64,000 bases of DNA, taken from NCBI RefSeq assembly GCF_009834535.1, contig NC_045696.1, positions 44,828,001 through 44,892,000 of the forward strand, given 5' to 3'. Origin of the DNA: Camelus ferus. Its lineage: Eukaryota. The notes under the pieces were generated by a model, which ran no database searches, had not been told where the DNA came from, and saw only the letters and a program-made list of their open reading frames with translations. Shown here piece by piece: positions 11,643 through 25,709 of this stretch. The stretch's first letter is position 1. Each line of letters opens with the position of its first letter. A program made the translations under genes and the position numbers.

Positions 11643-14395
11643 CAACCACAGTGCAACATAATTATCTGCTTGGGTGTCTGTGGTATTAAAGGAAGGCTGC
11701 TGCCATGACTTGGAGCCTGCTGTACACCTGAACCAACCAGCTCTGCTCTCAGTGCTCTGGTTGGCTTCACCCAGTTATTTCAGAGCTTTCATCTGGAGAC
11801 TGTTCTCATTGATTTATCAGAACTGAGGATCCCTTCTCCCACACTCCCTGTGAAAGTTATTCAACTTCCAACTGCAAGTAACTTTTTTTTGGAATAAAGT
11901 AAGCAGAAAGTAAATTTACTATTTAACCAATGGGATCTGCACTGTATATTTTATTTCGATTCTTTAAATATAAAAAAATACCTTTTCCCATCTCATGAGG
12001 ACAATAAACTACGATTTCACACTCACAGTGGTTTACTTAAAGTACGTCACGAGGTGATTGCTGACAAAGTACCGAGAGGACCCCTCTCGACTCAGTGCAC
12101 AGTGCACCTGTGCTTTCTTGCTCTCCTCCCATGTCAAACAGCTGTCCTCTGCGTGGTTTCTGATAATAACTTTAGTACATTGTGGGTGATATAGAGCAGT
12201 TTTGCATTCATCACTCCATCTTCACCTGGCTATGAAACCCTTGACAAAATTATTTTAATAATGCAAATAAATTTGGGGCATGACTTTTGCTTTCAATTCT
12301 GCACTTGGTTATGAATCCTTGAGTCATATTAAGACATAATTCACGAAGTTTTTTTTTAAAACACTTTGAATCAATATGCAATTTTGCTAAAATAGTATGT
12401 GTCCTCTTTTATTGTCCTCTAACACTCATTGATTGTTACAAGCTAATATAAGAGAAAATTACATACAAAGTATGTATTTAATATAGAGGGTTTGAGACAA
12501 AAGTTTGAGGAGAAAATATCTCAAGAGAAATGCAATAGATATTACCGTTACTTCCACAGTACCTGCTATGACTCTTTTCTAAATAGAAAAATCAATAACA
12601 CTACAAAGAGGACTAAATTTTCAGCATCTTTTCATCAGGTTTCCTTGGGTTTGCTACAGTTCTATTTTATTGAAATAAGAATAAATTTTAGGAAGCATTT
12701 ATTGAAACAAGGCACATGCGGCTATGTGGGAAGGACCAACAATTGTAACACATCAGTACTTATGATTTTATGTGCATTGATAAAACATCACAGGGTTTGC
12801 AAATCAAAGAAGAGGAATATATTCTACATTAGAGGAAGTGAGTATGTGTCCAACTGAGTTGATATCTGATTTTGGTGAACTAGAAATTAGTGCAACTTAA
12901 CAAAACTGCTCACCCACGCTTTGTGTTAAGAGTGTGATTTGGGGGAAGGTTTTTCAAATCTCTCTATATATTCCAGGCATAGATATTACTGAAGAAGAAA
13001 CAAAAAACTATTTTTTTCTTGTTCATCTTCGTTCTTGATTAACCACATACATTAATTTAATATCTTACCTCTCCTCGGTTCTCATGGAGGTGTCACTGAA
13101 TAACTGATTTTAGTTCCCAGAGAACTTTGGTCACTCAAGATTTTCATTCTGTTTAAATCTTTTGAATACAGTCCTCTCTCAAATGTATTAGACATTTGCC
13201 ATAAAACATTGAATGCTGAAGAATTCTTAAAAGAATTTAATGTTTTATCAGTAACTCAGAGTTGTAATAATGAACATTAATGTGAAGTTATATTAAAATA
13301 GTGGTAAATAACATCAACACTTTCTGATATTTAGAAGGCTTTAGTCCTCCACCATAAGCTTCCCAGAAGTTGCTACTTATTTTGAGTATTTTGTCAGTTT
13401 TCTTTCTAATTTCTTGGTCACATTTCTAACAATCAGGTAGCCAGGTGTCACTTCTTGTTTGTCTTAATGTAATTGTCTATGGTATGCCTATGTTTTTATA
13501 TTTCTTTTTTCCATTTTTAAAATCTTTCTTACGTTTTCTTTCTCATCTGTGTGTTTAGAATATAGATAACCCCTCTTTAGAGACTGTATTAAGAGAATCA
13601 TATTTCTAGAATTAATAGTCAATAGGCCCTCCAATAATTAAAGTGCGAGTTCAACACATAGGCAGATTCACTATTATTATTCATTATTCTGATTTCTAAT
13701 ATAAAATAATTGCACAGGAGAAAGTAACTCTGGATGTTAACCTGAAGTTTACATTATTTTTGCATATAGGTTAATGATACCCATTTTGCTGTTCCAAAAA
13801 CATTTTGTCTTCATCTTTGTTTCCCTGATGGTCTGGGTAGTTAACATGTCTGATAACTGAATTTCAAATTGAGTAAAATTATATAAAAGCCAGTTTAGTT
13901 TGATAATCAAAATTAAAAGTATGGAGACGGTAGACAATAAGACTATGAAAGAAAGAATAGCTGATTTTTTTTATTTTGCCTATTTGTTTGAGAATGGAAT
14001 AGTTCTCCATGAGACTCACAAAAATCAGTGACAATGAGGCAATATCCATTTTCTATAGACTAATTGTTAAAGCTAATTAAAAAGTAAAAAAAAAAAAATC
14101 CATCAATGATAGATAACAAGTAGCCAAGAATAAAATAAGTTAAAATAAGTTTAAATGTTACCTTGTTGCTGCAATTTGTAATCAGTTTTTCCTGAAGCCT
14201 TTACTAGAATTTGTGCTTACAGAACTTCTTATGTTTAAAATGCTTCTGTCCATTATCTCAGGTTCCAAATTTGAAAGATTTCCTCACATTTATAGATTCA
14301 TGATGTAAGTTCACTTAAAAGGTAAAGTTTGAGATACCTAGGAGGCTTGGGCTCCTACATCCCTTAACTACTCTGTGTTTCCTATGATTTTAGAG

Positions 14396-14560
14396 CAGTG
14401 ATTCTTAAACTCCACCGTGTCCAAGAATCCCCAATGGAACTTGTTTTTAAAAAGTAGATTTACAGGATTTTCCCCAGATATTCTGATTCAGTAGGCCAGG
14501 TAGGACTCAGAAATAATTTTAAATAAGCACCCCTGTGATTCGGTTTTATGTGGATTCAGG
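14396..14560. mobile_element. MER5-family hAT-Charlie remnant
   Basis: cagtgattcttaaact...ccccagatattctgattcagtagg...aataagcacccctgtgattc. Confidence 0.6.
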
Positions 14561-14941
14561 TCTTCATCTAGGGAGTTGGAAATTGTTAAGTAGAAAGTGC
14601 ACATGGTAATCATTTGCAGATAATACATCCTCTTGAGTACATTAACCTCTGTTTACTATAAAACCGATGCACACTGTTTATAAAGCATCCAGAAAACATT
14701 ACCAATATTTTATTCAAAGGAGTAATAAGCATTTAAAATAATATTTAATGTAATAAAACAAATATTTGAAAGGGGTAGACTAATCAGATTTCTTAACTAT
14801 AGATTATATGGGAAATCTGTTCTTTATTTTGTTGTTGATTTTTCTACTCTGAGTAAGCAAATTATTTTTCTATGAACCAAATCACAAACATCCATTTTCT
14901 TCTTCCATGGGTACTTAAAATCTTTCTCTACTTAACTTTAG

Positions 14942-15006
14942 AGCAACCATCTAAACCTGAAATTGTAAGCAAAGCCCCATTTCTCGAAACAGAGCAGCTG
15001 AAAAAG
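14942..15006 (+). CDS. ALCAM: ALCAM exon 4 (KQPSKPEIVSKAPFLETEQLKK)
   Basis: ctttag|AG acceptor; AAG|gtaaga donor; 65 nt. Confidence 0.96.
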
Positions 15007-16205
15007 GTAAGAACTTGTTTTGATTAATAACCTTTACTTAGCCTGGTGTTGAATGCCTTCTCCTGGCCTCAGATGCCAGGACAAATTTGATAGACTTTGC
15101 TCTGTGGAGTTGACAATGTTCCAGGTGCCAGTCAGAAAGTCTGCACAAGGTAGAGTGATGACACAGACGAAGGTGTTGTCATTTCTGAAGGGAGAGGCGG
15201 GAGGAAAGAGTAAAAAAGGCATAGGTCTTTCTTGTTTGAATAAACTGAATAACATGAGTAGATTCTCTCTAGACTCAAGGTATAAAGGGCTTTCCAACAA
15301 TATGAAATAATTTGATGTAAAAGAAAATGGCATTTGGGAAACATTCCATTATTTGCATTGCTGGATTTGGGGGTGTTCAGCCAGTGGGCAAGTGAGCGCA
15401 GTAAGAGATAAATCTGGAGAGTTAAAGAAAGGCTGGATTATGACAAACCGTCTGTCATATGTAATGTGTGGTCTTATTCTTATGGACAAATTAAACTACT
15501 GAAAAGTTGAAGTAAAGGGATAAGAGATTTGAACAATCACAGTAGCAGAGGTTTGAAGGAAGTCTGTATTGAAGGAGGGATAAAACTGGAGTCCTATACA
15601 GGAGCACATCCCTTGATTAATCATCTCGTTTTCACTAGCTAAAATACCCAAATTTTCCTCGGTTGGGAGAAAAGGCAGATTCAGAGTTCTTTGAATCAGA
15701 TTAAATTTGACTGCATAATATTATTTGATAAACACTAACAATTAAAAACACCTGTGAAGGAAAGTGGTGGGTACTATAGAGCGTGGTAAGTCTGTGTTGT
15801 CTGAAATATACACAGCATGAAGCTGGGGAAGCAGCCCCATTTTAACACCATTAATGATTCTTGCATACACAGATTTGCAAACCAAGGTAATAGCCAATGT
15901 TAATGTAGTTATGTTATTTAGTTAATGTTAAAAACAAATACTGTTGAAATGAATTTGGTAATGCTTTTAAATGAATGTGACTTTATTAATGGTGGCAGCA
16001 TCTATTGCATCTGTTTTAAAATGGACAAGACCATGATTTTAAGTACAAGACATTGTTTTTATACAAGAGTCTTTAGTCAGTGCTTGGAAAATGAATGGAT
16101 CAGGGAACCACTGGAATAACTCTGCATCGCTTGAGGAGCCTGGGGCTTTGAAATGGGCAACCCCTGATGGAACCAAAGTTGTAATATTATCTCTTTATTT
16201 TGCAG

Positions 16206-16293
16206 TTGGGTGAGTGCATTTCAAAAGACAGTTATCCAGATGGCAACATCACATGGTACAGGAATGGAAAAGTGCTGCAACCCGTTGAAGGAG
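16206..16293 (+). CDS. ALCAM: ALCAM exon 5 (LGECISKDSYPDGNITWYRNGKVLQPVEG)
   Basis: ttttgcag|TTG acceptor; GAG|gtgagc donor; 88 nt. Confidence 0.96.
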
Positions 16294-16760
16294 GTGAGCA
16301 GGAAGTGGGCAATAAACTCAGATGACCTGTTTTGACTTTCTCTTGTCTAAGCATTCCTTAGACTATCCTGAGTCTAAATGTGTGGCCCTCTTTTGATCTA
16401 TGACTCTATACTTTGTTACTTTAAGTATCCATTAAATCATTAAGGGATTTAAAAAAAAAAAAAAAACAAGAAACCGTTTTAGACTTTGTGCAGAAGAATC
16501 AAGAGCAGAGAAAATTATTTCTGTATATGGTATGTTCTAGAAGTTAATTAAAGTGAGTGGGAGGTAGAATTCCAGGATTCTATTTCTGTCCATGTCTGAT
16601 TCATGCTTTTGAAAAGACATCTACCTCACTACATGTCAATTTTCCCTCCTGTTAAATACAGTAAGGACAAAACCACTTCTCAAAGTTGTTGTGACATTTC
16701 ATTAAGGGCTGTGATTTTCCGATGAAAGGTCCTACCGTTAGTGTTCTTTATTTTCTTCAG

Positions 16761-16943
16761 CGGCGGTCATAATTTTTAAGAAGCAAATGGACCCAGTAAC
16801 TCAGCTCTATACCATGACTTCATCTCTGGAATACAAGACAACCAAGGCTGACATACAAATGCCATTCACCTGCTCTGTGACATATTATGGACCCACTGGC
16901 CAGAAAACAGTTTACTCTGATCAAGCAGTCTTTGATATTTACT
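16761..16943 (+). CDS. ALCAM: ALCAM exon 6 (AAVIIFKKQMDPVTQLYTMTSSLEYK...QAVFDIY)
   Basis: ttcttcag|CG acceptor; ACT|gtaagt donor; 183 nt. Confidence 0.96.
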
Positions 16944-17619
16944 GTAAGTAACTCAATATATAATTATGCAATTTTAATGTATTAGAAAAAAAATATTCAA
17001 ATGCTATTTTAAGTCCTAATCCAAAAGCTCTTTGGAATCTACTTCCAAACACCCATCCCTATTCCATGGTACCCAAATAATCTCTTCCTCTTTGCAAGAC
17101 CTATAGAAAAAATACCTACCCAACTTATATATTTCACTCTCCACTTTGCTATTTATAATCATCTCTTCTGTATTCCTCTAGACACTAAGTTCCTTAAACA
17201 CAAGATTTCTAACTTAGTCTGATTTCTTCTGGTGGTCCTCAGCCCTGGCACATAGCCATGGATTTTGTAGGAGTTTAAAATGCCATCTGATGGTTTTCTG
17301 AATGAGTGACAGATGAATAGAGGCTGATGACTGGATGGTTTTCTAGATATAGGATTTCCATTTTAATAAAGAGATTTATTTTAATAATGAGATCAATTCC
17401 ATAAATTAAATAGAATGTTGAATTCCAACATGTTTTGATTAACTTTATTTCATAGGCTTGAAACATAGAATATTAGACGACAGAGGAACTTTCTTGATCA
17501 TCTGATCTAATTCCATTATTTTACTTAGCAGTAAAGTGAGACCTAGAGACTTGCCCTAAATTAGCTGCAGCAACCTGATTAGAGTCCTCTTCTCCAATGC
17601 TATGCTCTTTCCTGTAAGA

Positions 17620-17860
17620 CAGGAGGCAAGATAACAAAATGACTAAGAGCAAAGATGCTGGCAACTCAGTCCCAGTGCTGTCTGTTCCTATGTGTTTCTA
17701 GAAAAGAATCTTAACTCCTCTTGGTTTCAGTTTTCTTATTTTGAAATAAGAAAAATGTAATACTTAACTCATGATGTTGTTATGGAGATTAAGTGAAATA
17801 AAAAATCTAAAATAGCACAACATATAGCACATTAAATGCTTGTTATTAAGTACTATTGTC
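17620..17860 (+). mobile_element. MIR SINE remnant
   Basis: cttaactcctcttggtttcagttttcttattttgaaata...gatgttgttatggagattaagtgaaataa (MIR core). Confidence 0.6.
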
Positions 17861-18714
17861 GTGACTATTATATAATCATTATTACTTCATAAACAGAGAA
17901 CTAGAGATATCTTTTGGGGAAAGATACAAGGAAATTTTGTTATTATTAGTTTTTAATGAATCAAAAATTCTCGCAGTCCTGCCATATGTTGTAGAATGAC
18001 CCAGTACTTCTACACCTATTTGAGAGAAAGAATAGAAATGCCCATTGAGCCTTCAAAGGGTTTTATCTCAGCTACATATCTACTTTGGTTCCATAAAGTA
18101 CAGAGCCTTATATAAGAGGATAACTGAAATTCCACTTGCCCTAACAAGAATGGGTTGTTTTGTCTTACACGTTGTAAATAAGTTTCAGCTTGATTTAAAA
18201 GCAGGGATTTAGAGGATTTCATCATATACAGCTTATCTAAAATCAAACTATTATTTCTGTATGTGAAAGCAGAATCCTGTCTGTTCAAAAATATTCAATT
18301 GAAAATAAACTATTCTGGTGTAAGTACAGGAGTACAAGATAGGAAAGAACATCAAGATGAGTGAAAAGGATTGGGAAACTGGCTTAAGGAAGAATGGGAA
18401 TGTATGTGAGCATCAGACATGGGGAGACAGACAGTTGGAAGAGTCCTTGGATGAATAAGAAAGAAATGATTTTCCTGTGACTGGCTGTGTAGGGCACATT
18501 TGGCACAGCTTTTGAGAAGGCACAATGTATGTAGTGCTAGGCTTCATGACAGAGACTTTAAAGTGTTTAAGACATAGTCTGACATTTAAGGGGTTTATTA
18601 TTCCAATAGAGAAGTAAGACACGCGTATCAGAAGGCAATTGTCACTGCATGGTTGCAAGTGGTAAGTGCCACAGGGACTCAGTGAACAGTCCTAAAAACG
18701 CAGGTGTCCAAGGA

Positions 18715-18902
18715 CAGTGACTCCCAGACTTCAGTGTGCGTGAGACTCACCTGGAGGACATGTTAGAGCACAGATTACTGGACCCAGCTCTAAGTGTTCT
18801 CATACAGTAGGTGTGGGGAGGGGCCCAATACTTTGCATTTACACCAGGTTCCCTGGTGATGCTAATGCTGATCATCTGAGGACCACGCTTGGAGAACCAC
18901 TG
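18715..18902. mobile_element. MER5A (hAT-Charlie MITE), full length, 188 bp
   Basis: Ends CAGTG...GAGAACCACTG; 8-bp TSD TCCAAGGA (18707-18714) and TCCTAGGA (18903-18910). Confidence 0.9.
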
Positions 18903-19019
18903 TCCTAGGATGACTTCAGAGAAGAGAAGGAGGAGCTAAATGGAAAGTACATTCAAGAAGAAGAAATTTGATCAGTTCATCTTGGGAAAGCCTGAAAAAG
19001 ATGCACTGGTCCACTCCTT

Positions 19020-19730
19020 CCGTACTATATCCAGTCAGTAATGAAGTTGTTTAGAATCTACCACTTCCATCTCTGTGTTGATCTGATTCTGCCTTCTGAC
19101 CCTGCCTGAGATTATGCCACCATTCCTCATGACCAGTATTTTTGCAGTAATTTCCGAAAGAGTATTCCTGTCTGTTCACACCAAACTGCCCTGCCAGCTG
19201 TTGCTAGAAACATCTTTCTAAAGCACAGATGTGAACATGTTACTGCTGTGATCAAAAATCATCAGTGACTCCCCAGATATCGCAGGTTAATCTTTACACT
19301 TCCAATTTCAATATGCCTTGAGTCCACTGCAGCCGTGGTCCCGACCAGTCCCAGCCTTCATCCCTTCAGTGCCTTCTACAGTCTGTCCTGGTTCCAGGGT
19401 CCTCCTGTAGAATACGATGTACGTGCCTGGCCATGTGCTGTCACTGTCTTACCTTTATTATCCAGCAAATGCCTCCTTATTCTTCAAAACCCAGCTCCAG
19501 GGCCAATTCCTACTGAAATCTTCCCAGTCTGGTGGGTCTGTGAGCGATTTCTATGCTTATACATCTTATGCAGTTTTTGTATTGGTACAGTCTTAATTGT
19601 TAAGTTTTGTGTCTTCATAAATAAACCGGAAGCTCACTGAGGGCAGGGAATGCACTGTTTTCAATTTTATAACTCCTGCACTTAGTGCCCACACAAAACA
19701 AATATTAACCAAACAGATAAATAAATGAGT
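19020..19730 (+). mobile_element. L2 LINE 3' remnant (boundaries approximate)
   Basis: L2-like ctagaaacatctttctaaagcacagatgtgaacatgttactgct, with a 3' end gaagctcactgagggcagggaat...aaatgagtg. Confidence 0.6.
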
Positions 19731-21821
19731 GGCAAGAGGATTAAATGGAGAGATGGGAGAAAGAAAAATTGAGTAGACTATTTGTGTTATTATGTACTGG
19801 GTATGTATATATGGAGTAGTGAGATGGAAGACTCTCACCTGAACTCGGTTCAAGGCAATCGTGGACACCAGGTTAAATGTTTATTTCAATTTATACATGC
19901 TGGGAATGCATGAAGATTTTAAAATATCATTCTAATGCTCAAAGCCTACTTCAAAAACTGATTTGGAGAAAATATATATGAAGAAGTAGAAAAGAGAAAG
20001 CCTCAAGGTGAAGGACCAATTGAAGTCTGATGGCAATGTTTCAGGTTTGGATTAATTAGAGCCTGCGCTAGGGAAGTGTTAGTGGGAATAGAAGGGGAGA
20101 ATCAGATGTACAAAGTATAAGGATTAATCATTAAGGCTGGGTGACTGAGTGGATAAGAGAGGGCAAAGGAGAACGCCAGAGGAACTGGCAGAATGATGAT
20201 ATACTAATAGAGTAAAATTCAAAGTCAGGGGCAAAGGGAGAGCAAGAGATCATTAGTTTTGTTGGAGGCATTATTAGTGGGCATCCAGAAAGTTACTGTT
20301 AAAACTCAAATGCGTTACCTTAACCCTCTGATTTCAGTTTGGTTCTTCAACTCTCCAATACAGAGCAGAGCCTATCGAAAGAGGGCCACAGAGAAGGGGA
20401 GTTTTGAAATAAAGCAGGACGTCAGACCGATGATGACTCCTCGCTATTCTGGTGTCAGCTCTAGTTAGAGATGTGTGGCAGTGATGTGCAGCAGACCACG
20501 CTAGCAAGGAAGGACCACGGGAAAGAGGGAGGGAGGCCTCGAAAGGGAAGGTCAGCAGGGGACCAAAAACAAACTTTATTTTTACTTTCCAACTTTACTG
20601 GAAACTGCCAGTCAGGGAACTGCCTCAGGCAAATTCAGAAAAATGAACAACAAATATATTAAACCAATCACTGTTTTGCCTCAGAACATTCTGAGATGCC
20701 CAAGCATGGAGAAAAGTCAAAGAAGCAATCTATAACAACCCTTTGAGGGTTTTTTCTGCACTTTAATCTTAGAAAGGTAAGTATATGATTGAAAGAGACA
20801 GAAAAAAGCCTCAAAAATCTACCACTTATTTGTCTCGCTTTATTAGCTAATAGCAAAATAATTCTTCCTAGATGGATTATTTTTAGTGCTGCCAGTTTGG
20901 AAATATAGGCACATGCCTCAATAATTATTAAGTCTTATGGAAAAGGTTCTCTGAAATAAACCTTTGTCATTATATGGTTTCGAAATTCATTGTTCATTGT
21001 ATCATCCAGCTGCATAACAAGTGGATACATTAGAAAGTGGGTCATTTATAACTGCCAACACCACCTCCTTTTATTTCCTGTTTGCTAGACCCGGTCCACT
21101 GTATCCAGCCTTTAATTTCTTTAGCATTCTACTGTTGCACAGTAGCCTCCACTAAAGAATACCCATTAGCCCTATTTTCTCCATAAAAATGACCAAAATG
21201 GAATAAAAGTGGCATCTTGGATCCAATGAAGAGAAAAGAATTACAATACATTTACAGTTCTGTTGATTGTGTTAAAGGTCTCTCTCAGTTCGTGGGATTC
21301 ATCTTTTTGAAAGCAGATCTGCTCTTCTGCATGCCAAACATCTTGCTGGTATTGTTTGGTTCATGTCCCTCTTTCCTTAATACACGGCATTCTTGTGCAA
21401 TATGAGTACAGGGGTGCCTAATAATTTTAACTACTTTGCGAGCTGCTCCAGTCTTTCCAAACTGTAAGATACATATAATATAGTTAAATGCCCTTGTAAT
21501 GAGATTATACAGTGGAACCCTTCCTACTGTTCTTTTACACATAAAATAATTAGGGTCATTCCTACTTTAGGTAAAGACATTTTGCTAAGAAAAAATTGAT
21601 TTTTATGTAACAGGATCTCTTTGTAGTTTGCTCTAACCAAGATTAGTACTTGTTATAGCAAGTAGCTATTAACTTCAATCCTTCTATAAAAAGATACATT
21701 TAAGTAATTACCATTACTACCTTCTTGAGAAAATTGTGTATAATTTAGTCATTTACATTGTATGCACAGAATAATTGGGTACCTGATGAAAATTGTTAAC
21801 TTGCCTCTCTGCCTCTTGCAG

Positions 21822-21949
21822 ATCCTACCGAGCAGGTGACAATACAAGTGCTGCCACCAAAAAATGCCATCAAAGAAGGGGACAACATCACTCTTAAGTG
21901 CTTAGGAAATGGTAACCCTCCTCCTGAGGAGTTTTTGTTTTACTTACCA
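21822..21949 (+). CDS. ALCAM: ALCAM exon 7 (YPTEQVTIQVLPPKNAIKEGDNITLKCLGNGNPPPEEFLFYLP)
   Basis: ctcttgcag|AT acceptor; CCA|gtaagt donor; 128 nt. Confidence 0.96.
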
Positions 21950-22989
21950 GTAAGTGCTTCAGGATTATTACTTCAGCTAGACTACTCTCACTCTGTCCTG
22001 TTGTCTGGCAGCTGACTTGACATTAAGAATTGTAGGTACTTGGGCAGCTTAAGTGAGAAAGGATGTTATTCTTGGAACCAAGGGGCACGTATGGAATGTC
22101 CTTTGAAGGTTTTTTTGGCACCTGCCAGTGCTCTTTCCCTTTTTCTCCGTGTTAAGTGAAATCAGGGACAAAGAGGAAAAGAGCTGATCACAGGAAACCA
22201 TAATGGTAGAAACTTGAGGTCTCATTATCCCAATGAACTATAAGACTGCTCTTCGGAAGCAGGCAAGTATAAAATGAAGAATGAGGACAGCAAATGGTCT
22301 GATGTGGATTCTAAATATACCCACAGTGCCTTCGTGAACACATCCCTGAACCTCTGATCTAGGGACATTTCTGTTGTAGATTATGTTCAGCTTGATAGAA
22401 TAAAGCGAGGGGCTATATCTTACCATCATATGTGGTCTGAAAGAGCCGGTTTCTTAACTTTTATCAATGTCATAGCTGAAAGAAATGATGTCTAGAGGAT
22501 AATTTGGAAAATTCCTCTAGGATCTGTTCTAGATGTCACAGTGCTGTGGAGCCAGACAAGGAGAGAGCTCTGTCTGAGGGTACTTGCTTGCTCCCCACAG
22601 CCTCCCGGGTGTGTGGTTGACATTTCCCTCCACTGAGAGAAGCCATGTACATCTCTATACTGCATTGACCACAGGGATCTGTTCACAGATGTTCCCCCCA
22701 CTCCCGCACTGCTCAGTGATGTTTAAGAATATTATCCACTGCATCGCTCAGAAGAGTACTCTAAGTGATTCTTTTATACTTAAATGTTGACAGAAAACTT
22801 TGTTTCTCTTAATAAATTGACATATTGTTTTTGTCTAATATGCAAATGAAAATTTGAAAATCATTTTATTTCCACTTGGTTATCAGGGATGACAGAGCCA
22901 AATATGTGTCTTAGTTTTAGCAACAATTACCTTTTTTGTTAATATATACTCCTGTTTAATCTATATACTTTTTATTCTTAGTTATTAAT

Positions 22990-23090
22990 TCTTTTCTTTT
23001 TTCTCTTTTTTTTTTCCTCTCTTTCTTTCTCCCTCCCTCCCGTCCTTCCTCCCTTCCTTCCTTCCTCCCCTCCTTCCTTCTTTTTTTTTA
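22990..23090. repeat. Pyrimidine simple repeat ((CCTT)n and T-tracts)
   Basis: Read directly from the sequence. Confidence 0.9.
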
Positions 23091-23465
23091 TTTGGATATA
23101 TGGTATGTTTTCTTTTCAGGTGCCTCAATTCTTTTTGTCAAATTAAGCAAGGGATAAATATAAAAAAAATGAAATATTACACATTTTTTTAAAATCTGCT
23201 TCAACACTCAAACACAAGCCATACTGTCAATAAAATAGATGTCATCAATACAATGTAAATTAGTGTCTCAATTTCCTTAGAACCAAAATGTCAATTATTT
23301 TTTCCAGGAATCAGTTAATATAATCTCTACTCTCATTTGTCCAATCGAAGAAACACATTCCCTTTTTTTTTCTTATCTGAGAAAATGCCATTTTCATCAA
23401 GAACTACATCTGTTCTTATTGTAGCTACCAAGTGTAATCATCTGACATTTTGCCTCTATCAAAAG

Positions 23466-23598
23466 GGACAGCCCGAAGGAATAAGAAGTTCAAACACTTA
23501 CACATTGACAGATGTGCGGCGCAATGCAACAGGAGACTACAAATGCTCCCTGATAGACAAAAAAAGCATGATTGCTTCAACAGCCATCACAGTTCACT
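23466..23598 (+). CDS. ALCAM: ALCAM exon 8 (GQPEGIRSSNTYTLTDVRRNATGDYKCSLIDKKSMIASTAITVH)
   Basis: tctatcaaaag|GGA acceptor; ACT|gtaagt donor; 133 nt; inside ORF 23337..23636. Confidence 0.95.
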
Positions 23599-24420
23599 GT
23601 AAGTCACTTGATTCTTCATTGCCAACTTCACTTTAAAGGCCTCTCGTGGTCTAACTTGAGCTATCATTTCAAATAAATTGCAGCTAGTGTTTTTCTTAAA
23701 TAATATGATTTCAATAGACTTACTAAAAAGCATTAGAGCAAACCCAACTTTAGTCCAGATTTGCACTGCAATATTGAAATCTTGCATGAATCTAATAACT
23801 GCAACTTCTGGCAGCAATAAACCTCCATCTTCTTTCTGAATGTCTTCAGTGTGCGGTATCAACAAAATATTCGCATGCAGCTTAAAGAAATAACTCATAT
23901 TTTAAGAAAATATTTAGCTATTCTTGAAGGTTACCAGGTTTGCATTTAGCCCAGAAATTGTAGATTAAGTATCTTTTTTACTTTTAATTACAGAAGACTA
24001 TTAACACCGAAACCTGATAACAAAAAGTTACTGTAGACTCAGCTTTTGGAGGAGGAGGTAGATACCATTAAAAGTCACGTGTTGGCTTCTGTATAGGATA
24101 GAAAATTTCTGGAAACAGAATCTCTTCAGAATCACCCTGAACATCCCTTTCAACCCACTTTTATTCTCCAGATACTCCAAAAGTTATATTTACTCCCATG
24201 GACAGAAAAAAATATACATAGAAAACAGATACTTTACTTAAGTTCTTTATTTGGTAGTTGCTGGCAGTTTCCTGGATGTACCTGATGCATTGTGGAAATG
24301 GGGAACTAATTTGAACTGCTCCCTGGTGACACTAGAATACGCAGAGTGCTTTGAGCAAATGTCAGTCTTGCTTGGAGCTATAGGACAGATTTCTAATAAG
24401 TCCTTTGCACCCAACCACAC

Positions 24421-24473
24421 CTCTAGACATGATCCATTACAATAAGGTTTCTCTAGACATGATCCACTACAAT
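24421..24473. repeat. 23-bp direct repeat CTCTAGACATGATCCAYTACAAT x2 with a 7-bp spacer
   Basis: Copies at 24421-24443 and 24451-24473, one mismatch. Confidence 0.9.
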
Positions 24474-25709
24474 TCCATTGAATATGGGGGTTGGTTTGTT
24501 TTAAAATTGAAAGAGATGTTAGAAACTATTCTGAGGAAATGGTTCTAATTCTGCCCATAGTGCTTGGAAAGCATGCAGGATAGGAGCTAAAACTTTGAAG
24601 GAGATGTGAGGAGGTGCACTGGGGAGTAGAGCAACCAGATGGTGCTTTTGAGTGTCTGATGTTGGGAGGATGCCCTGGGGAGCCCTGTGGTGACAGTGGG
24701 CTGTTAAGAAATATTCACAGCCAGGCTGTTTCTCTGTTTGCTCCATATTCCTGTTGAACAGATCTGAGTGTGTCTGCCATCAGGGGCTAGTTAGAGAGAA
24801 AGCAGTGACCTCTCAGGGTAACAACTGTGCTCCTTTTCCTCTGAGGACTAGTCATCAGTCATGGGACCATTTATCTGGTCTGTTCCATGGGGAAAAAAGT
24901 GAAGTGAGGGAATAATATAACCAGCAGATAGAATTGCGTGTGGAATAACTTTCTGATATCATTGTTCATAAGATCTTTGAGCCAATAATCCAGTGCTTAG
25001 AGGTAGTATGATAAGCTTATGGTTAAGAGATGCTAGCTGTTCAGGGCCCTAAAGGAAGAGGGCTCTCATTTGTGGCACCTGTGTATCAGGCAGGGTGGGA
25101 GATAGCAGAAGAGTAAGATAAAGAACTTCGCTGATGCTTCGTAGTACCTCAATGAACTGTTGTGATAAAAAAAAAATTAAACAAAAGCATGTTTAATTGA
25201 ATTTCAGTGCATTTAACTGGATTTAAATACATCCTGGTAACACTGGGCTCTGAGGCCTATGTCACTCTTTAAAACCTGGAATAAGTATTGCAAGTAAAAC
25301 AAGATCTTACTCTAAATTACATGAAATGAAAACATAAAAATCCACTTTTGCCGATTTATCCTTGATCGTGTGTTTGTTTTCTAAAAACAAGATTAGTTTC
25401 CTTTCCACAGATGACTAAAGGGAGTGGGTAGAGGAAAACCAACGGGTACTTGCACATGTTAGCAGAGCAGTCCTCTCACCACGTGTTCAGCCCGCAGACT
25501 CAGAGCTGCTGACCGGGGTCTGCCAGTCCTCTGCCAGTTTACCCTCATGTAGATTCTTTCTCACTGGCAAGTTAACTCTCCAGCCAATAAAAGCTTTCAC
25601 TGGCCTTAAACAGAATTTTCACCTAAATATAATTCAATCAAATCTTTTGAGGAAACTCCACTTTTCTATGAGATGATGCATATTTTAATATTAATGAGAA
25701 GCCCACTTC

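Noticed and set aside
24421..24473. Repeat-spacer-repeat patterns (here and at 11484 and 36679) as CRISPR-like arrays
   Set aside because: Each has only two copies with a spacer of 0-7 bp, in a mammalian intron with no cas genes; they are simple local duplications.
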